A stretch of 64,000 bases of DNA from Paramoeba atlantica (taxonomy: Eukaryota; Protista; Discosea), in the NCBI GenBank assembly GCA_977017575.1, contig CDRNVI010000033.1, positions 113,516 to 177,515 of the forward strand. The letters are read 5' to 3'. The number at the start of each line of letters is the position of its first letter. The stretch's first letter is position 1. The translations under genes were made by a program, and so were the position numbers. Below, one piece after another: positions 53,059-64,000 of the stretch. The notes under the pieces are model-generated. The model saw nothing but the letters and a program-made list of their open reading frames with translations. It had not been told where the DNA came from and searched no databases.

Positions 53059-53378
53059 GGATGACACTGAACACATGTTGATGCAACGGGTCTGAATCTC
53101 CACAAGGGTAATCGTCGGGTTCTCTCTCTGTCCCCGTGAATCATTTCTGTGCGCATTTTCTTTCGTATGAGTCTTGAGTTGCTTCTCTGGTATCATACTA
53201 GCGCTTGAAACATTCCGCCGTTTGGAGAAAACAATTGACCTATGAATCAACTCTTCGTAAGAAAACTATAATGCGCTCATAAGCAATACATCACGTCTTC
53301 TTTGTCCATTCACTCATTCGTAACAACTACTATTTTTTGAAAGAACTCTTATTACTTTTCTCTCTTATTCCTATCACT

Positions 53379-53777
53379 ATGGCTACCCCGAAGAGCAGCA
53401 AGAAGGCGAAGAGCACCAAGAGCAGCCAGAAGAGCCGTGGCGCGAAGACGGGTCTGATCTTTCCCGTGGGCCGCATCGGCTCCATGCTCCGCCGTGGACG
53501 CTACACCAAGCGTGTGGCCTCCGCCGCCCCGGTGTACCTCGCCGCTGTGTTGGAGTACCTCACTGCCGAGCTTCTCGAGCTCTCCGGTAAGGTTGCGGGC
53601 CAGCACCACAAGAAGCGTATTACCCCTCGTGCCGTCACACTCGCCGTCCGTCACGACGAGGAGCTTTCTCAGCTGCTAAGCAACGTCACCTTCACTCAGG
53701 GCGGCGTACTTCCCAACCTTCACGACATGCTCAAGAAGAAGAAGGCATCCCGCAAGGCGAGCAGCCAACAGGTGTAA
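53379..53777 (+). CDS. H2A: Histone H2A (unit 6)
   Basis: Repeat copy; 3-bp deletion in the downstream spacer. Confidence 0.97.
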   Translation: MATPKSSKKAKSTKSSQKSRGAKTGLIFPVGRIGSMLRRGRYTKRVASAAPVYLAAVLEYLTAELLELSGKVAGQHHKKRITPRAVTLAVRHDEELSQLLSNVTFTQGGVLPNLHDMLKKKKASRKASSQQV

Positions 53778-54101
53778 GGTGCAATGAGTGCGTTATAATA
53801 CGTCCCGCGTCACGTCACACAATCGGTACCCTTGTGAGATCCTTCTAGCATGGTGCTTCCCTTTCTTATGCACCATCCTAGGCATGTATTGACATGTACC
53901 TTGGCTCAGTAGAGCTACATTTTGTGAAGTTTCGGCGGATGCAATCAACGACATTGCGCACATCATACTAGGATACTGGTGGAGTATCGCGTGGGTGATA
54001 CTTACCACGGTTCTCAATACATGTAAAACTTAAACCGTTCATTACGTAATCTCAATTCTTCGCCCTTATCCTTCTTTTTCTCCTACTCTACTTTATAACA
54101 C

Positions 54102-54428
54102 ATGGCGAAAGCAGCTAAAGTCGCAAAGAAGAGCTCTGGTCACCGCAAGTCCAAGAAGACCTTCAACACCTACATCTACCGCACCCTGAAGCAGATCCAC
54201 AAAAACGTGGGATTCAGCAGCAAAGGGATCAAAGTTGTGAACTCTTTCGTGCAAGACATCTTTGAGCGCCTTGCCGTCGAGGCAGCCTCCCTCACGCGCT
54301 TCAACAAGACCAAAACGTTGACTTCCCGCGAAGTACAAACCGCAGTGCGCCTGACTCTTCCCGCGGAGCTCGCAAAGCACGCAATGGCTGAGGGAACGAA
54401 GGCTGTCGCCAAGTTGGCCTCCCACTAA
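54102..54428 (+). CDS. H2B: Histone H2B (unit 6)
   Basis: Repeat copy. Confidence 0.97.
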   Translation: MAKAAKVAKKSSGHRKSKKTFNTYIYRTLKQIHKNVGFSSKGIKVVNSFVQDIFERLAVEAASLTRFNKTKTLTSREVQTAVRLTLPAELAKHAMAEGTKAVAKLASH

Positions 54429-54753
54429 ATGCTGTGTGGTTCGACCAGGTAGCATGCAGAGGTGCAGCATCCGATCGTCATGAACTTTGTTGTAAAAAAT
54501 GTTATTCAAACGTACAAAGCCGTCGTGTTCACTATTAAGGTATACTTAGCAGTGAGTTTCATTCTGTGACGGACAAGTACGATTTACACTATATTCATGA
54601 CATTATGAGAATGTATGCATGCACCGGCTCCATCTTATGTGAGGTACATTCTTGATATTGCTCGCCCCTCTTTTCAAAATTTATTGTGACAAACCGAAAA
54701 AACGTGTTCTATTCAAAACCAGACACTTTTACTATCTATCCTCATTTTCACTC

Positions 54754-55182
54754 ATGGCTCGCACCAAGGAATCGTCTCGTAAATCTACGGGGAAGGTACC
54801 ACGCGCCGGTCTCGTCTCCAAAGGCAAGAAGACAAGCTCTTCCAAGGCGAAGAAAGCGTCCAGCGGCTCCAGTGGCACCAAGAAGCCCCACCGCTTTCGC
54901 CCGGGGACCGTCGCCCTCCGTGACATCAAAAAGTACCAGAAGGGCACTGAACTTCTCCTCCGCAAGCTTCCCTTCCAGCGTCTGGTCCGTGAGATTGCTC
55001 TCAGCGGCAAAGATGGTCTGCGTTTCCAAGCCAGCGCCGTCCTCGCCATGCAGGAGGCAACGGAGGCCCACATGGTCAACTTGTTCGCGGACACCTGTCT
55101 GTGCGCTATCCACGGTCGCCGGGTAACCATCATGCCGAAGGACGTCCAGCTCGCCCGCCGTCTCCGCGGCGAACGCTTCTAA
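54754..55182 (+). CDS. H3: Histone H3 (unit 6)
   Basis: Repeat copy. Confidence 0.97.
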   Translation: MARTKESSRKSTGKVPRAGLVSKGKKTSSSKAKKASSGSSGTKKPHRFRPGTVALRDIKKYQKGTELLLRKLPFQRLVREIALSGKDGLRFQASAVLAMQEATEAHMVNLFADTCLCAIHGRRVTIMPKDVQLARRLRGERF

Positions 55183-55516
55183 GCGTTTGTGAAATCCATT
55201 GAGTTCGGGAAGCCTCGCATACCCACTACGACAGCAACGATCTGAGGTTCTTTGTGCATTTCCTTCATTTTTGCACAAAGCCTTAATATGCTTTCTATGA
55301 CATTAATGTTATTTGTAGTATCGGGTATAGGATGAATGCTTCACCTCCCATTCCCTCAACATAGACCACAGCGGCGTCGTGGGGCAAAACACACGCACAC
55401 TGTGTGCGACGCTCCACAAACGAAATGGTTGTGTATTATGACGGATCTTGGCGCTCGTACGTAGTTTCTTTTTATCGTACTTTAGATTTTTTCATCTTAC
55501 TTCCTATTCATTTCAA

Positions 55517-55825
55517 ATGGCGAAAGGCAAGAAATCTGGTGATGCTAAGGGCGCACACGGCACGAAACGCCAAAAGAAGGCATTGAAGGACAACATCCGC
55601 GGAATCACAAAGCCCGCAATTCGCCGCCTTGCGCGCCGTGGTGGTGTCAAGCGCATCAGCGGAATCATGTACGAAGAGGTCCGTGGGATCCTCAAGTCTT
55701 TCGTGGAGGGCGTTGTCCGTGACAGCGTGACGTACACTGAGCACAGCAAGCGCCAGACGGTCACTGCTCTCGACGTCGTGTACGCTCTCCGCAAGCGTGG
55801 ACGCATGTTGTACGGATACGCATAA
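55517..55825 (+). CDS. H4: Histone H4 (unit 6)
   Basis: Repeat copy. Confidence 0.97.
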   Translation: MAKGKKSGDAKGAHGTKRQKKALKDNIRGITKPAIRRLARRGGVKRISGIMYEEVRGILKSFVEGVVRDSVTYTEHSKRQTVTALDVVYALRKRGRMLYGYA

Positions 55826-56145
55826 GGATGACACTGAACACATGTTGATGCAACGGGTCTGAATCTCCACAAGGGTAATCGTCGGGTTCTCTCTCTGTCC
55901 CCGTGAATCATTTCTGTGCGCATTTTCTTTCGTATGAGTCTTGAGTTGCTTCTCTGGTATCATACTAGCGCTTAAAACATTCCGCCGTTTGGAGAAAACA
56001 ATTGACCTATGAATCAACTCTTCGTAAGAAAACTATAATGCGCTCATAAGCAATACATCACGTCTTATTTGTCCATTCACTCATTCGTAACAACTACTAT
56101 TTTTTGAAAGAACTCTTATTACTTTTCTCTCTTATTCCTATCACT

Positions 56146-56544
56146 ATGGCTACCCCGAAGAGCAGCAAGAAGGCGAAGAGCACCAAGAGCAGCCAGAAGA
56201 GCCGTGGCGCGAAGACGGGTCTGATCTTTCCCGTGGGCCGCATCGGCTCCATGCTCCGCCGTGGACGCTACACCAAGCGTGTGGCCTCCGCCGCCCCGGT
56301 GTACCTCGCCGCTGTGTTGGAGTACCTCACTGCCGAGCTTCTCGAGCTCTCCGGTAAGGTTGCGGGCCAGCACCACAAGAAGCGTATTACCCCTCGTGCC
56401 GTCACACTCGCCGTCCGTCACGACGAGGAGCTTTCTCAGCTGCTAAGCAACGTCACCTTCACTCAGGGCGGCGTACTTCCCAACCTTCACGACATGCTCA
56501 AGAAGAAGAAGGCATCCCGCAAGGCGAGCAGCCAACAGGTGTAA
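56146..56544 (+). CDS. H2A: Histone H2A (unit 7)
   Basis: Repeat copy. Confidence 0.97.
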   Translation: MATPKSSKKAKSTKSSQKSRGAKTGLIFPVGRIGSMLRRGRYTKRVASAAPVYLAAVLEYLTAELLELSGKVAGQHHKKRITPRAVTLAVRHDEELSQLLSNVTFTQGGVLPNLHDMLKKKKASRKASSQQV

Positions 56545-56871
56545 GGTGCAATGAGTGCGTTATAATACGTTGTCCCGCGTCACGTCACACAATCGGTACC
56601 CTTGTGAGATCCTTCTAGCATGGTGCTTCCCTTTCTTATGCACCATCCTAGGCATGTATTGACATGTACCTTGGCTCAGTAGAGCTACATTTTGTGAAGT
56701 TTCGGCGGATGCAATCAACGACATAGCGCACATCATACTAGGATACTGGTGGAGTATCGCGTGGGTGATACTTACCACGGTTCTCAATACATGTAAAACT
56801 TAAACCGTTCATTACGTAACCTCAATTCTTCGCCCTTATCCTTCTTTTTCTCCTACTCTACTTTATAACAC

Positions 56872-57198
56872 ATGGCGAAAGCAGCTAAAGTCGCAAAGAA
56901 GAGCTCTGGTCACCGCAAGTCCAAGAAGACCTTCAACACCTACATCTACCGCACCCTGAAGCAGATCCACAAAAACGTGGGATTCAGCAGCAAAGGGATC
57001 AAAGTTGTGAACTCTTTCGTGCAAGACATCTTTGAGCGCCTTGCCGTCGAGGCAGCCTCCCTCACGCGCTTCAACAAGACCAAAACGTTGACTTCCCGCG
57101 AAGTACAAACCGCAGTGCGCCTGACTCTTCCCGCGGAGCTCGCAAAGCACGCAATGGCTGAGGGAACGAAGGCTGTCGCCAAGTTGGCCTCCCACTAA
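56872..57198 (+). CDS. H2B: Histone H2B (unit 7)
   Basis: Repeat copy. Confidence 0.97.
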   Translation: MAKAAKVAKKSSGHRKSKKTFNTYIYRTLKQIHKNVGFSSKGIKVVNSFVQDIFERLAVEAASLTRFNKTKTLTSREVQTAVRLTLPAELAKHAMAEGTKAVAKLASH

Positions 57199-57523
57199 AT
57201 GCTGTGTGGTTCGACCAGGTAGCATGCAGAGGTGCAGCATGCCATCGTCATGAACTTTGTTGTAAAAAATGTTATTCAAACGTACAAAGCCGTCGTGTTC
57301 ACTATTAAGGTATACTTAGCAGTGAGTTTCATTCTGTGACGGACAAGTACGATTTACACTATATTCATGACATTATGAGAATGTATGCATGCACCGGCTC
57401 CATCTTATGTGAGGTACATTCTTGATATTGCTCGCCCCTCTTTTCAAAATTTATTGTGACAAACCGAAAAAACGTGTTCTATTGAAAACCAGACACTTTT
57501 ACTATCTATCCTCATTTTCACTC

Positions 57524-57952
57524 ATGGCTCGCACCAAGGAATCGTCTCGTAAATCTACGGGGAAGGTACCACGCGCCGGTCTCGTCTCCAAAGGCAAGAA
57601 GACAAGCTCTTCCAAGGCGAAGAAAGCGTCCAGCGGCTCCAGTGGCACCAAGAAACCCCACCGCTTTCGCCCGGGGACCGTCGCCCTCCGTGACATCAAA
57701 AAGTACCAGAAGGGCACTGAACTTCTCCTCCGCAAGCTTCCCTTCCAGCGTCTGGTCCGTGAGATTGCTCTCAGCGGCAAAGATGGTCTGCGTTTCCAAG
57801 CCAGCGCCGTCCTCGCCATGCAGGAGGCAACGGAGGCCCACATGGTCAACTTGTTCGCGGACACCTGTCTGTGCGCTATCCACGGTCGCCGGGTAACCAT
57901 CATGCCGAAGGACGTCCAGCTCGCCCGCCGTCTCCGCGGCGAACGCTTCTAA
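57524..57952 (+). CDS. H3: Histone H3 (unit 7)
   Basis: Repeat copy. Confidence 0.97.
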   Translation: MARTKESSRKSTGKVPRAGLVSKGKKTSSSKAKKASSGSSGTKKPHRFRPGTVALRDIKKYQKGTELLLRKLPFQRLVREIALSGKDGLRFQASAVLAMQEATEAHMVNLFADTCLCAIHGRRVTIMPKDVQLARRLRGERF

Positions 57953-58286
57953 GCGTTTGTGAAATCCATTGAGTTCGGGAAGCCTCGCATACCCACTACG
58001 ACAGCAACGATCTGAGGTTCTTTGTGCATTTCCTTCATTTTTGCACAAAGCCTTAATATGCTTTCTATGACATTAATGTTATTTGTAGTATCGGGTATAG
58101 GATGAATGCTTCACCTCCCATTCCCTCAACATAGACCACAGCGGCGTCGTGGGGCAAAACACACGCACACTGTGTGCGACGCTCCACAAACGAAATGGTT
58201 GTGTATTATGACGGATCTTGGCGCTCGTACGTAGTTTCTTTTTATCGTACTTTAGATTTTTTCATCTTACTTCCTATTCATTTCAA

Positions 58287-58595
58287 ATGGCGAAAGGCAA
58301 GAAATCTGGTGATGCTAAGGGCGCACACGGCACGAAACGCCAAAAGAAGGCATTGAAGGACAACATCCGCGGAATCACAAAGCCCGCAATTCGCCGCCTT
58401 GCACGCCGTGGTGGTGTCAAGCGCATCAGCGGAATCATGTACGAAGAGGTCCGTGGGATCCTCAAGTCTTTCGTGGAGGGCGTTGTCCGTGACAGCGTGA
58501 CGTACACTGAGCACAGCAAGCGCCAGACGGTCACTGCTCTCGACGTCGTGTACGCTCTCCGCAAGCGTGGACGCATGTTGTACGGATACGCATAA
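58287..58595 (+). CDS. H4: Histone H4 (unit 7)
   Basis: Repeat copy. Confidence 0.97.
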   Translation: MAKGKKSGDAKGAHGTKRQKKALKDNIRGITKPAIRRLARRGGVKRISGIMYEEVRGILKSFVEGVVRDSVTYTEHSKRQTVTALDVVYALRKRGRMLYGYA

Positions 58596-58915
58596 GGATG
58601 ACACTGAACACATGTTGATGCAACGGGTCTGAATCTCCACAAGGGTAATCGTCGGGTTCTCTCTCTGTCCCCGTGAATCATTTCTGTGCGCATTTTCTTT
58701 CGTATGAGTCTTGAGTTGCTTCTCTGGTATCATACTAGCGCTTGAAACATTCCGCCGTTTGGAGAAAACAATTGACCTATGAATCAACTCTTCGTAAGAA
58801 AACTATAATGCGCTCATAAGCAATACATCACGTCTTCTTTGTCCATTCACTCATTCGTAACAACTACTATTTTTTGAAAGAACTCTTATTACTTTTCTCT
58901 CTTATTCCTATCACT

Positions 58916-59314
58916 ATGGCTACCCCGAAGAGCAGCAAGAAGGCGAAGAGCACCAAGAGCAGCCAGAAGAGCCGTGGCGCGAAGACGGGTCTGATCTTTC
59001 CCGTGGGCCGCATCGGCTCCATGCTCCGCCGTGGACGCTACACCAAGCGTGTGGCCTCCGCCGCCCCGGTGTACCTCGCCGCTGTGTTGGAGTACCTCAC
59101 TGCCGAGCTTCTCGAGCTCTCCGGTAAGGTTGCGGGCCAGCACCACAAGAAGCGTATTACCCCTCGTGCCGTCACACTCGCCGTCCGTCACGACGAGGAG
59201 CTTTCTCAGCTGCTAAGCAACGTCACCTTCACTCAGGGCGGCGTACTTCCCAACCTTCACGACATGCTCAAGAAGAAGAAGGCATCCCGCAAGGCGAGCA
59301 GCCAACAGGTGTAA
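58916..59314 (+). CDS. H2A: Histone H2A (unit 8)
   Basis: Repeat copy. Confidence 0.97.
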   Translation: MATPKSSKKAKSTKSSQKSRGAKTGLIFPVGRIGSMLRRGRYTKRVASAAPVYLAAVLEYLTAELLELSGKVAGQHHKKRITPRAVTLAVRHDEELSQLLSNVTFTQGGVLPNLHDMLKKKKASRKASSQQV

Positions 59315-59641
59315 GGTGCAATGAGTGCGTTATAATACGTTGTCCCGCGTCACGTCACACAATCGGTACCCTTGTGAGATCCTTCTAGCATGGTGCTTCC
59401 CTTTCTTATGCACCATCCTAGGCATGTATTGACATGTACCTTGGCTCAGTAGAGCTACATTTTGTGAAGTTTCGGCGGATGCAATCAACGACATTGCGCA
59501 CATCATACTAGGATACTGGTGGAGTATCGCGTGGGTGATACTTACCACGGTTCTCAATACATGTAAAACTTAAACCGTTCATTACGTAACCTCAATTCTT
59601 CGCCCTTATCCTTCTTTTTCTCCTACTCTACTTTATAACAC

Positions 59642-59968
59642 ATGGCGAAAGCAGCTAAAGTCGCAAAGAAGAGCTCTGGTCACCGCAAGTCCAAGAAGAC
59701 CTTCAACACCTACATCTACCGCACCCTGAAGCAGATCCACAAAAACGTGGGATTCAGCAGCAAAGGGATCAAAGTTGTGAACTCTTTCGTGCAAGACATC
59801 TTTGAGCGCCTTGCCGTCGAGGCAGCCTCCCTCACGCGCTTCAACAAGACCAAAACGTTGACTTCCCGCGAAGTACAAACCGCAGTGCGCCTGACTCTTC
59901 CCGCGGAGCTCGCAAAGCACGCAATGGCTGAGGGAACGAAGGCTGTCGCCAAGTTGGCCTCCCACTAA
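59642..59968 (+). CDS. H2B: Histone H2B (unit 8)
   Basis: Repeat copy. Confidence 0.97.
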   Translation: MAKAAKVAKKSSGHRKSKKTFNTYIYRTLKQIHKNVGFSSKGIKVVNSFVQDIFERLAVEAASLTRFNKTKTLTSREVQTAVRLTLPAELAKHAMAEGTKAVAKLASH

Positions 59969-60293
59969 ATGCTGTGTGGTTCGACCAGGTAGCATGCAGA
60001 GGTGCAGCATCCGATCGTCATGAACTTTGTTGTAAAAAATGTTATTCAAACGTACAAAGCCGTCGTGTTCACTATTAAGGTATACTTAGCAGTGAGTTTC
60101 ATTCTGTGACGGACAAGTACGATTTACACTATATTCATGACATTATGAGAATGTATGCATGCACCGGCTCCATCTTATGTGAGGTACATTCTTGATATTT
60201 CTCGCCCCTCTTTTCAAAATTTATTGTGACAAACCGAAAAAACGTGTTCTATTGAAAACCAGACATTTTTACTATCTATCCTCATTTTCACTC

Positions 60294-60722
60294 ATGGCTC
60301 GCACCAAGGAATCGTCTCGTAAATCTACGGGGAAGGTACCACGCGCCGGTCTCGTCTCCAAAGGCAAGAAGACAAGCTCTTCCAAGGCGAAGAAAGCGTC
60401 CAGCGGCTCCAGTGGCACCAAGAAACCCCACCGCTTTCGCCCGGGGACCGTCGCCCTCCGTGACATCAAAAAGTACCAGAAGGGCACTGAACTTCTCCTC
60501 CGCAAGCTTCCCTTCCAGCGTCTGGTCCGTGAGATTGCTCTCAGCGGCAAAGATGGTCTGCGTTTCCAAGCCAGCGCCGTCCTCGCCATGCAGGAGGCAA
60601 CGGAGGCCCACATGGTCAACTTGTTCGCGGACACCTGTCTGTGCGCTATCCACGGTCGCCGGGTAACCATCATGCCGAAGGACGTCCAGCTCGCCCGCCG
60701 TCTCCGCGGCGAACGCTTCTAA
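60294..60722 (+). CDS. H3: Histone H3 (unit 8)
   Basis: Repeat copy. Confidence 0.97.
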   Translation: MARTKESSRKSTGKVPRAGLVSKGKKTSSSKAKKASSGSSGTKKPHRFRPGTVALRDIKKYQKGTELLLRKLPFQRLVREIALSGKDGLRFQASAVLAMQEATEAHMVNLFADTCLCAIHGRRVTIMPKDVQLARRLRGERF

Positions 60723-61056
60723 GCGTTTGTGAAATCCATTGAGTTCGGGAAGCCTCGCATACCCACTACGACAGCAACGATCTGAGGTTCTTTGTGCATT
60801 TCCTTCATTTTTGCACAAAGCCTTAATATGCTTTCTATGACATTAATGTTATTTGTAGTATCGGGTATAAGATGAATGCTTCACCTCCCATTCCCTCAAC
60901 ATAGACCACAGCGGCGTCGTGGGGCAAAACACACGCACACTGTGTGCGACGCTCCACAAACGAAATGGTTGTGTATTATGACGGATCTTGGCGCTCGTAC
61001 GTAGTTTCTTTTTATCGTACTTTAGATTTTTTCATCTTACTTCCTATTCATTTCAA

Positions 61057-61365
61057 ATGGCGAAAGGCAAGAAATCTGGTGATGCTAAGGGCGCACACGG
61101 CACGAAACGCCAAAAGAAGGCATTGAAGGACAACATCCGCGGAATCACAAAGCCCGCAATTCGCCGCCTTGCACGCCGTGGTGGTGTCAAGCGCATCAGC
61201 GGAATCATGTACGAAGAGGTCCGTGGGATCCTCAAGTCTTTCGTGGAGGGCGTTGTCCGTGACAGCGTGACGTACACTGAGCACAGCAAGCGCCAGACGG
61301 TCACTGCTCTCGACGTCGTGTACGCTCTCCGCAAGCGTGGACGCATGTTGTACGGATACGCATAA
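61057..61365 (+). CDS. H4: Histone H4 (unit 8)
   Basis: Repeat copy. Confidence 0.97.
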   Translation: MAKGKKSGDAKGAHGTKRQKKALKDNIRGITKPAIRRLARRGGVKRISGIMYEEVRGILKSFVEGVVRDSVTYTEHSKRQTVTALDVVYALRKRGRMLYGYA

Positions 61366-61685
61366 GGATGACACTGAACACATGTTGATGCAACGGGTCT
61401 GAATCTCCACAAGGGTAATCGTCGGGTTCTCTCTCTGTCCCCGTGAATCATTTCTGTGCGCATTTTCTTTCGTATGAGTCTTGAGTTGCTTCTCTGGTAT
61501 CATACTAGCGCTTGAAACATTCCGCCGTTTGGAGAAAACAATTGACCTATGAATCAACTCTTCGTAAGAAAACTATAATGCGCTCATAAGCAATACATCA
61601 CGTCTTCTTTGTCCATTCACTCATTCGTAACAACTACTATTTTTTGAAAGAACTCTTATTACTTTTCTCTCTTATTCCTATCACT

Positions 61686-62084
61686 ATGGCTACCCCGAAG
61701 AGCAGCAAGAAGGCGAAGAGCACCAAGAGCAGCCAGAAGAGCCGTGGCGCGAAGACGGGTCTGATCTTTCCCGTGGGCCGCATCGGCTCCATGCTCCGCC
61801 GTGGACGCTACACCAAGCGTGTGGCCTCCGCCGCCCCGGTGTACCTCGCCGCTGTGTTGGAGTACCTCACTGCCGAGCTTCTCGAGCTCTCCGGTAAGGT
61901 TGCGGGCCAGCACCACAAGAAGCGTATTACCCCTCGTGCCGTCACACTCGCCGTCCGTCACGACGAGGAGCTTTCTCAGCTGCTAAGCAACGTCACCTTC
62001 ACTCAGGGCGGCGTACTTCCCAACCTTCACGACATGCTCAAGAAGAAGAAGGCATCCCGCAAGGCGAGCAGCCAACAGGTGTAA
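61686..62084 (+). CDS. H2A: Histone H2A (unit 9)
   Basis: Repeat copy. Confidence 0.97.
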   Translation: MATPKSSKKAKSTKSSQKSRGAKTGLIFPVGRIGSMLRRGRYTKRVASAAPVYLAAVLEYLTAELLELSGKVAGQHHKKRITPRAVTLAVRHDEELSQLLSNVTFTQGGVLPNLHDMLKKKKASRKASSQQV

Positions 62085-62411
62085 GGTGCAATGAGTGCGT
62101 TATAATACGTTGTCCCGCGTCACGTCACACAATCGGTACCCTTGTGAGATCCTTCTAGCATGGTGCTTCCCTTTCTTATGCACCATCCTAGGCATGTATT
62201 GACATGTACCTTGGCTCAGTAGAGCTACATTTTGTGAAGTTTCGGCGGATGCAATCAACGACATTGCGCACATCATACTAGGATACTGGTGGAGTATCGC
62301 GTGGGTGATACTTACCACGGTTCTCAATACATGTAAAACTTAAACCGTTCATTACGTAACCTCAATTCTTCGCCCTTATCCTTCTTTTTCTCCTACTCTA
62401 CTTTATAACAC

Positions 62412-62738
62412 ATGGCGAAAGCAGCTAAAGTCGCAAAGAAGAGCTCTGGTCACCGCAAGTCCAAGAAGACCTTCAACACCTACATCTACCGCACCCTGAA
62501 GCAGATCCACAAAAACGTGGGATTCAGCAGCAAAGGGATCAAAGTTGTGAACTCTTTCGTGCAAGACATCTTTGAGCGCCTTGCCGTCGAGGCAGCCTCC
62601 CTCACGCGCTTCAACAAGACCAAAACGTTGACTTCCCGCGAAGTACAAACCGCAGTGCGCCTGACTCTTCCCGCGGAGCTCGCAAAGCACGCAATGGCTG
62701 AGGGAACGAAGGCTGTCGCCAAGTTGGCCTCCCACTAA
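62412..62738 (+). CDS. H2B: Histone H2B (unit 9)
   Basis: Repeat copy. Confidence 0.97.
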   Translation: MAKAAKVAKKSSGHRKSKKTFNTYIYRTLKQIHKNVGFSSKGIKVVNSFVQDIFERLAVEAASLTRFNKTKTLTSREVQTAVRLTLPAELAKHAMAEGTKAVAKLASH

Positions 62739-63063
62739 ATGCTGTGTGGTTCGACCAGGTAGCATGCAGAGGTGCAGCATCCGATCGTCATGAACTTTGT
62801 TGTAAAAAATGTTATTCAAACGTACAAAGCCGTCGTGTTCACTATTAAGGTATACTTAGCAGTGAGTTTCATTCTGTGACGGACAAGTACGATTTACACT
62901 ATATTCATGACATTATGAGAATGTATGCATGCACCGGCTCCATCTTATGTGAGGTACATTCTTGATATTTCTCGCCCCTCTTTTCAAAATTTATTGTGAC
63001 AAACCGAAAAAACGTGTTCTATTGAAAACCAGACATTTTTACTATCTATCCTCATTTTCACTC

Positions 63064-63492
63064 ATGGCTCGCACCAAGGAATCGTCTCGTAAATCTACGG
63101 GGAAGGTACCACGCGCCGGTCTCGTCTCCAAAGGCAAGAAGACAAGCTCTTCCAAGGCGAAGAAAGCGTCCAGCGGCTCCAGTGGCACCAAGAAACCCCA
63201 CCGCTTTCGCCCGGGGACCGTCGCCCTCCGTGACATCAAAAAGTACCAGAAGGGCACTGAACTTCTCCTCCGCAAGCTTCCCTTCCAGCGTCTGGTCCGT
63301 GAGATTGCTCTCAGCGGCAAAGATGGTCTGCGTTTCCAAGCCAGCGCCGTCCTCGCCATGCAGGAGGCAACGGAGGCCCACATGGTCAACTTGTTCGCGG
63401 ACACCTGTCTGTGCGCTATCCACGGTCGCCGGGTAACCATCATGCCGAAGGACGTCCAGCTCGCCCGCCGTCTCCGCGGCGAACGCTTCTAA
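63064..63492 (+). CDS. H3: Histone H3 (unit 9)
   Basis: Repeat copy. Confidence 0.97.
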   Translation: MARTKESSRKSTGKVPRAGLVSKGKKTSSSKAKKASSGSSGTKKPHRFRPGTVALRDIKKYQKGTELLLRKLPFQRLVREIALSGKDGLRFQASAVLAMQEATEAHMVNLFADTCLCAIHGRRVTIMPKDVQLARRLRGERF

Positions 63493-63826
63493 GCGTTTGT
63501 GAAATCCATTGAGTTCGGGAAGCCTCGCATACCCACTACGACAGCAACGATCTGAGGTTCTTTGTGCATTTCCTTCATTTTTGCACAAAGCCTTAATATG
63601 CTTTCTATGACATTAATGTTATTTGTAGTATCGGGTATAAGATGAATGCTTCACCTCCCATTCCCTCAACATAGACCACAGCGGCGTCGTGGGGCAAAAC
63701 ACACGCACACTGTGTGCGACGCTCCACAAACGAAATGGTTGTGTATTATGACGGATCTTGGCGCTCGTACGTAGTTTCTTTTTATCGTACTTTAGATTTT
63801 TTCATCTTACTTCCTATTCATTTCAA

Positions 63827-64000
63827 ATGGCGAAAGGCAAGAAATCTGGTGATGCTAAGGGCGCACACGGCACGAAACGCCAAAAGAAGGCATTGAAGGA
63901 CAACATCCGCGGAATCACAAAGCCCGCAATTCGCCGCCTTGCACGCCGTGGTGGTGTCAAGCGCATCAGCGGAATCATGTACGAAGAGGTCCGTGGGATC
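63827..64000 (+). CDS. H4: Histone H4 (unit 9, truncated by the window edge)
   Basis: ATG 63827; sequence matches the other H4 copies up to the edge. Confidence 0.95.
   Translation, partial: MAKGKKSGDAKGAHGTKRQKKALKDNIRGITKPAIRRLARRGGVKRISGIMYEEVRGI

Larger units (their letters stand above)
39536..64000 (+). repeat. Tandem array of ~2,770-bp H2A-H2B-H3-H4 units (8 complete plus a truncated ninth)
   Basis: H2B starts at 40253, 43029, 45799, 48569, 51339, 54102, 56872, 59642, 62412; spacers near-identical; array runs off the window end. Confidence 0.99.

Noticed and set aside
39488-63896. Recurrent antisense and alternate-frame ORFs (133-176 aa) in every histone unit
   Set aside because: Shadows of C-ending histone codons, repeated only because the unit is repeated; no recognisable motifs

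Overview
Eukaryotic, intronless, gene-dense DNA. The histone signatures (H4 AKGKKSG...LYGYA, H2A MATPK, H3 KDGLRFQ) indicate a kinetoplastid; that it is Perkinsela-like or early-branching is inference. Every host gene lies on the + strand, as in one polycistronic unit. 1-39 kb holds housekeeping genes (RPS27, PMI, PP2C, SNU13, TBC RabGAP, ProRS, PGS1, SCO1, alpha-SNAP, VPS16, CCT1) plus hypothetical ORFs. Two transposon-rich islands interrupt this region (about 12.2-19.3 kb and 31.9-34.0 kb). They contain an apparently intact TA-flanked Tc1/mariner element with a DD32E triad and 140-bp TIRs, a degenerate relative with a nested MITE, a Stowaway-like MITE, and a dispersed family of asymmetric palindromes. 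From 39.5 kb to the window end there is a head-to-tail array of a ~2,770-bp H2A-H2B-H3-H4 unit (8 complete units plus a ninth cut by the window edge). At least three GC-rich islands switch sharply from C/A-rich to G/T-rich in mid-gene, including at synonymous sites and in flanking non-coding DNA. All calls come from manual reading and remembered family motifs; no database searches were run.
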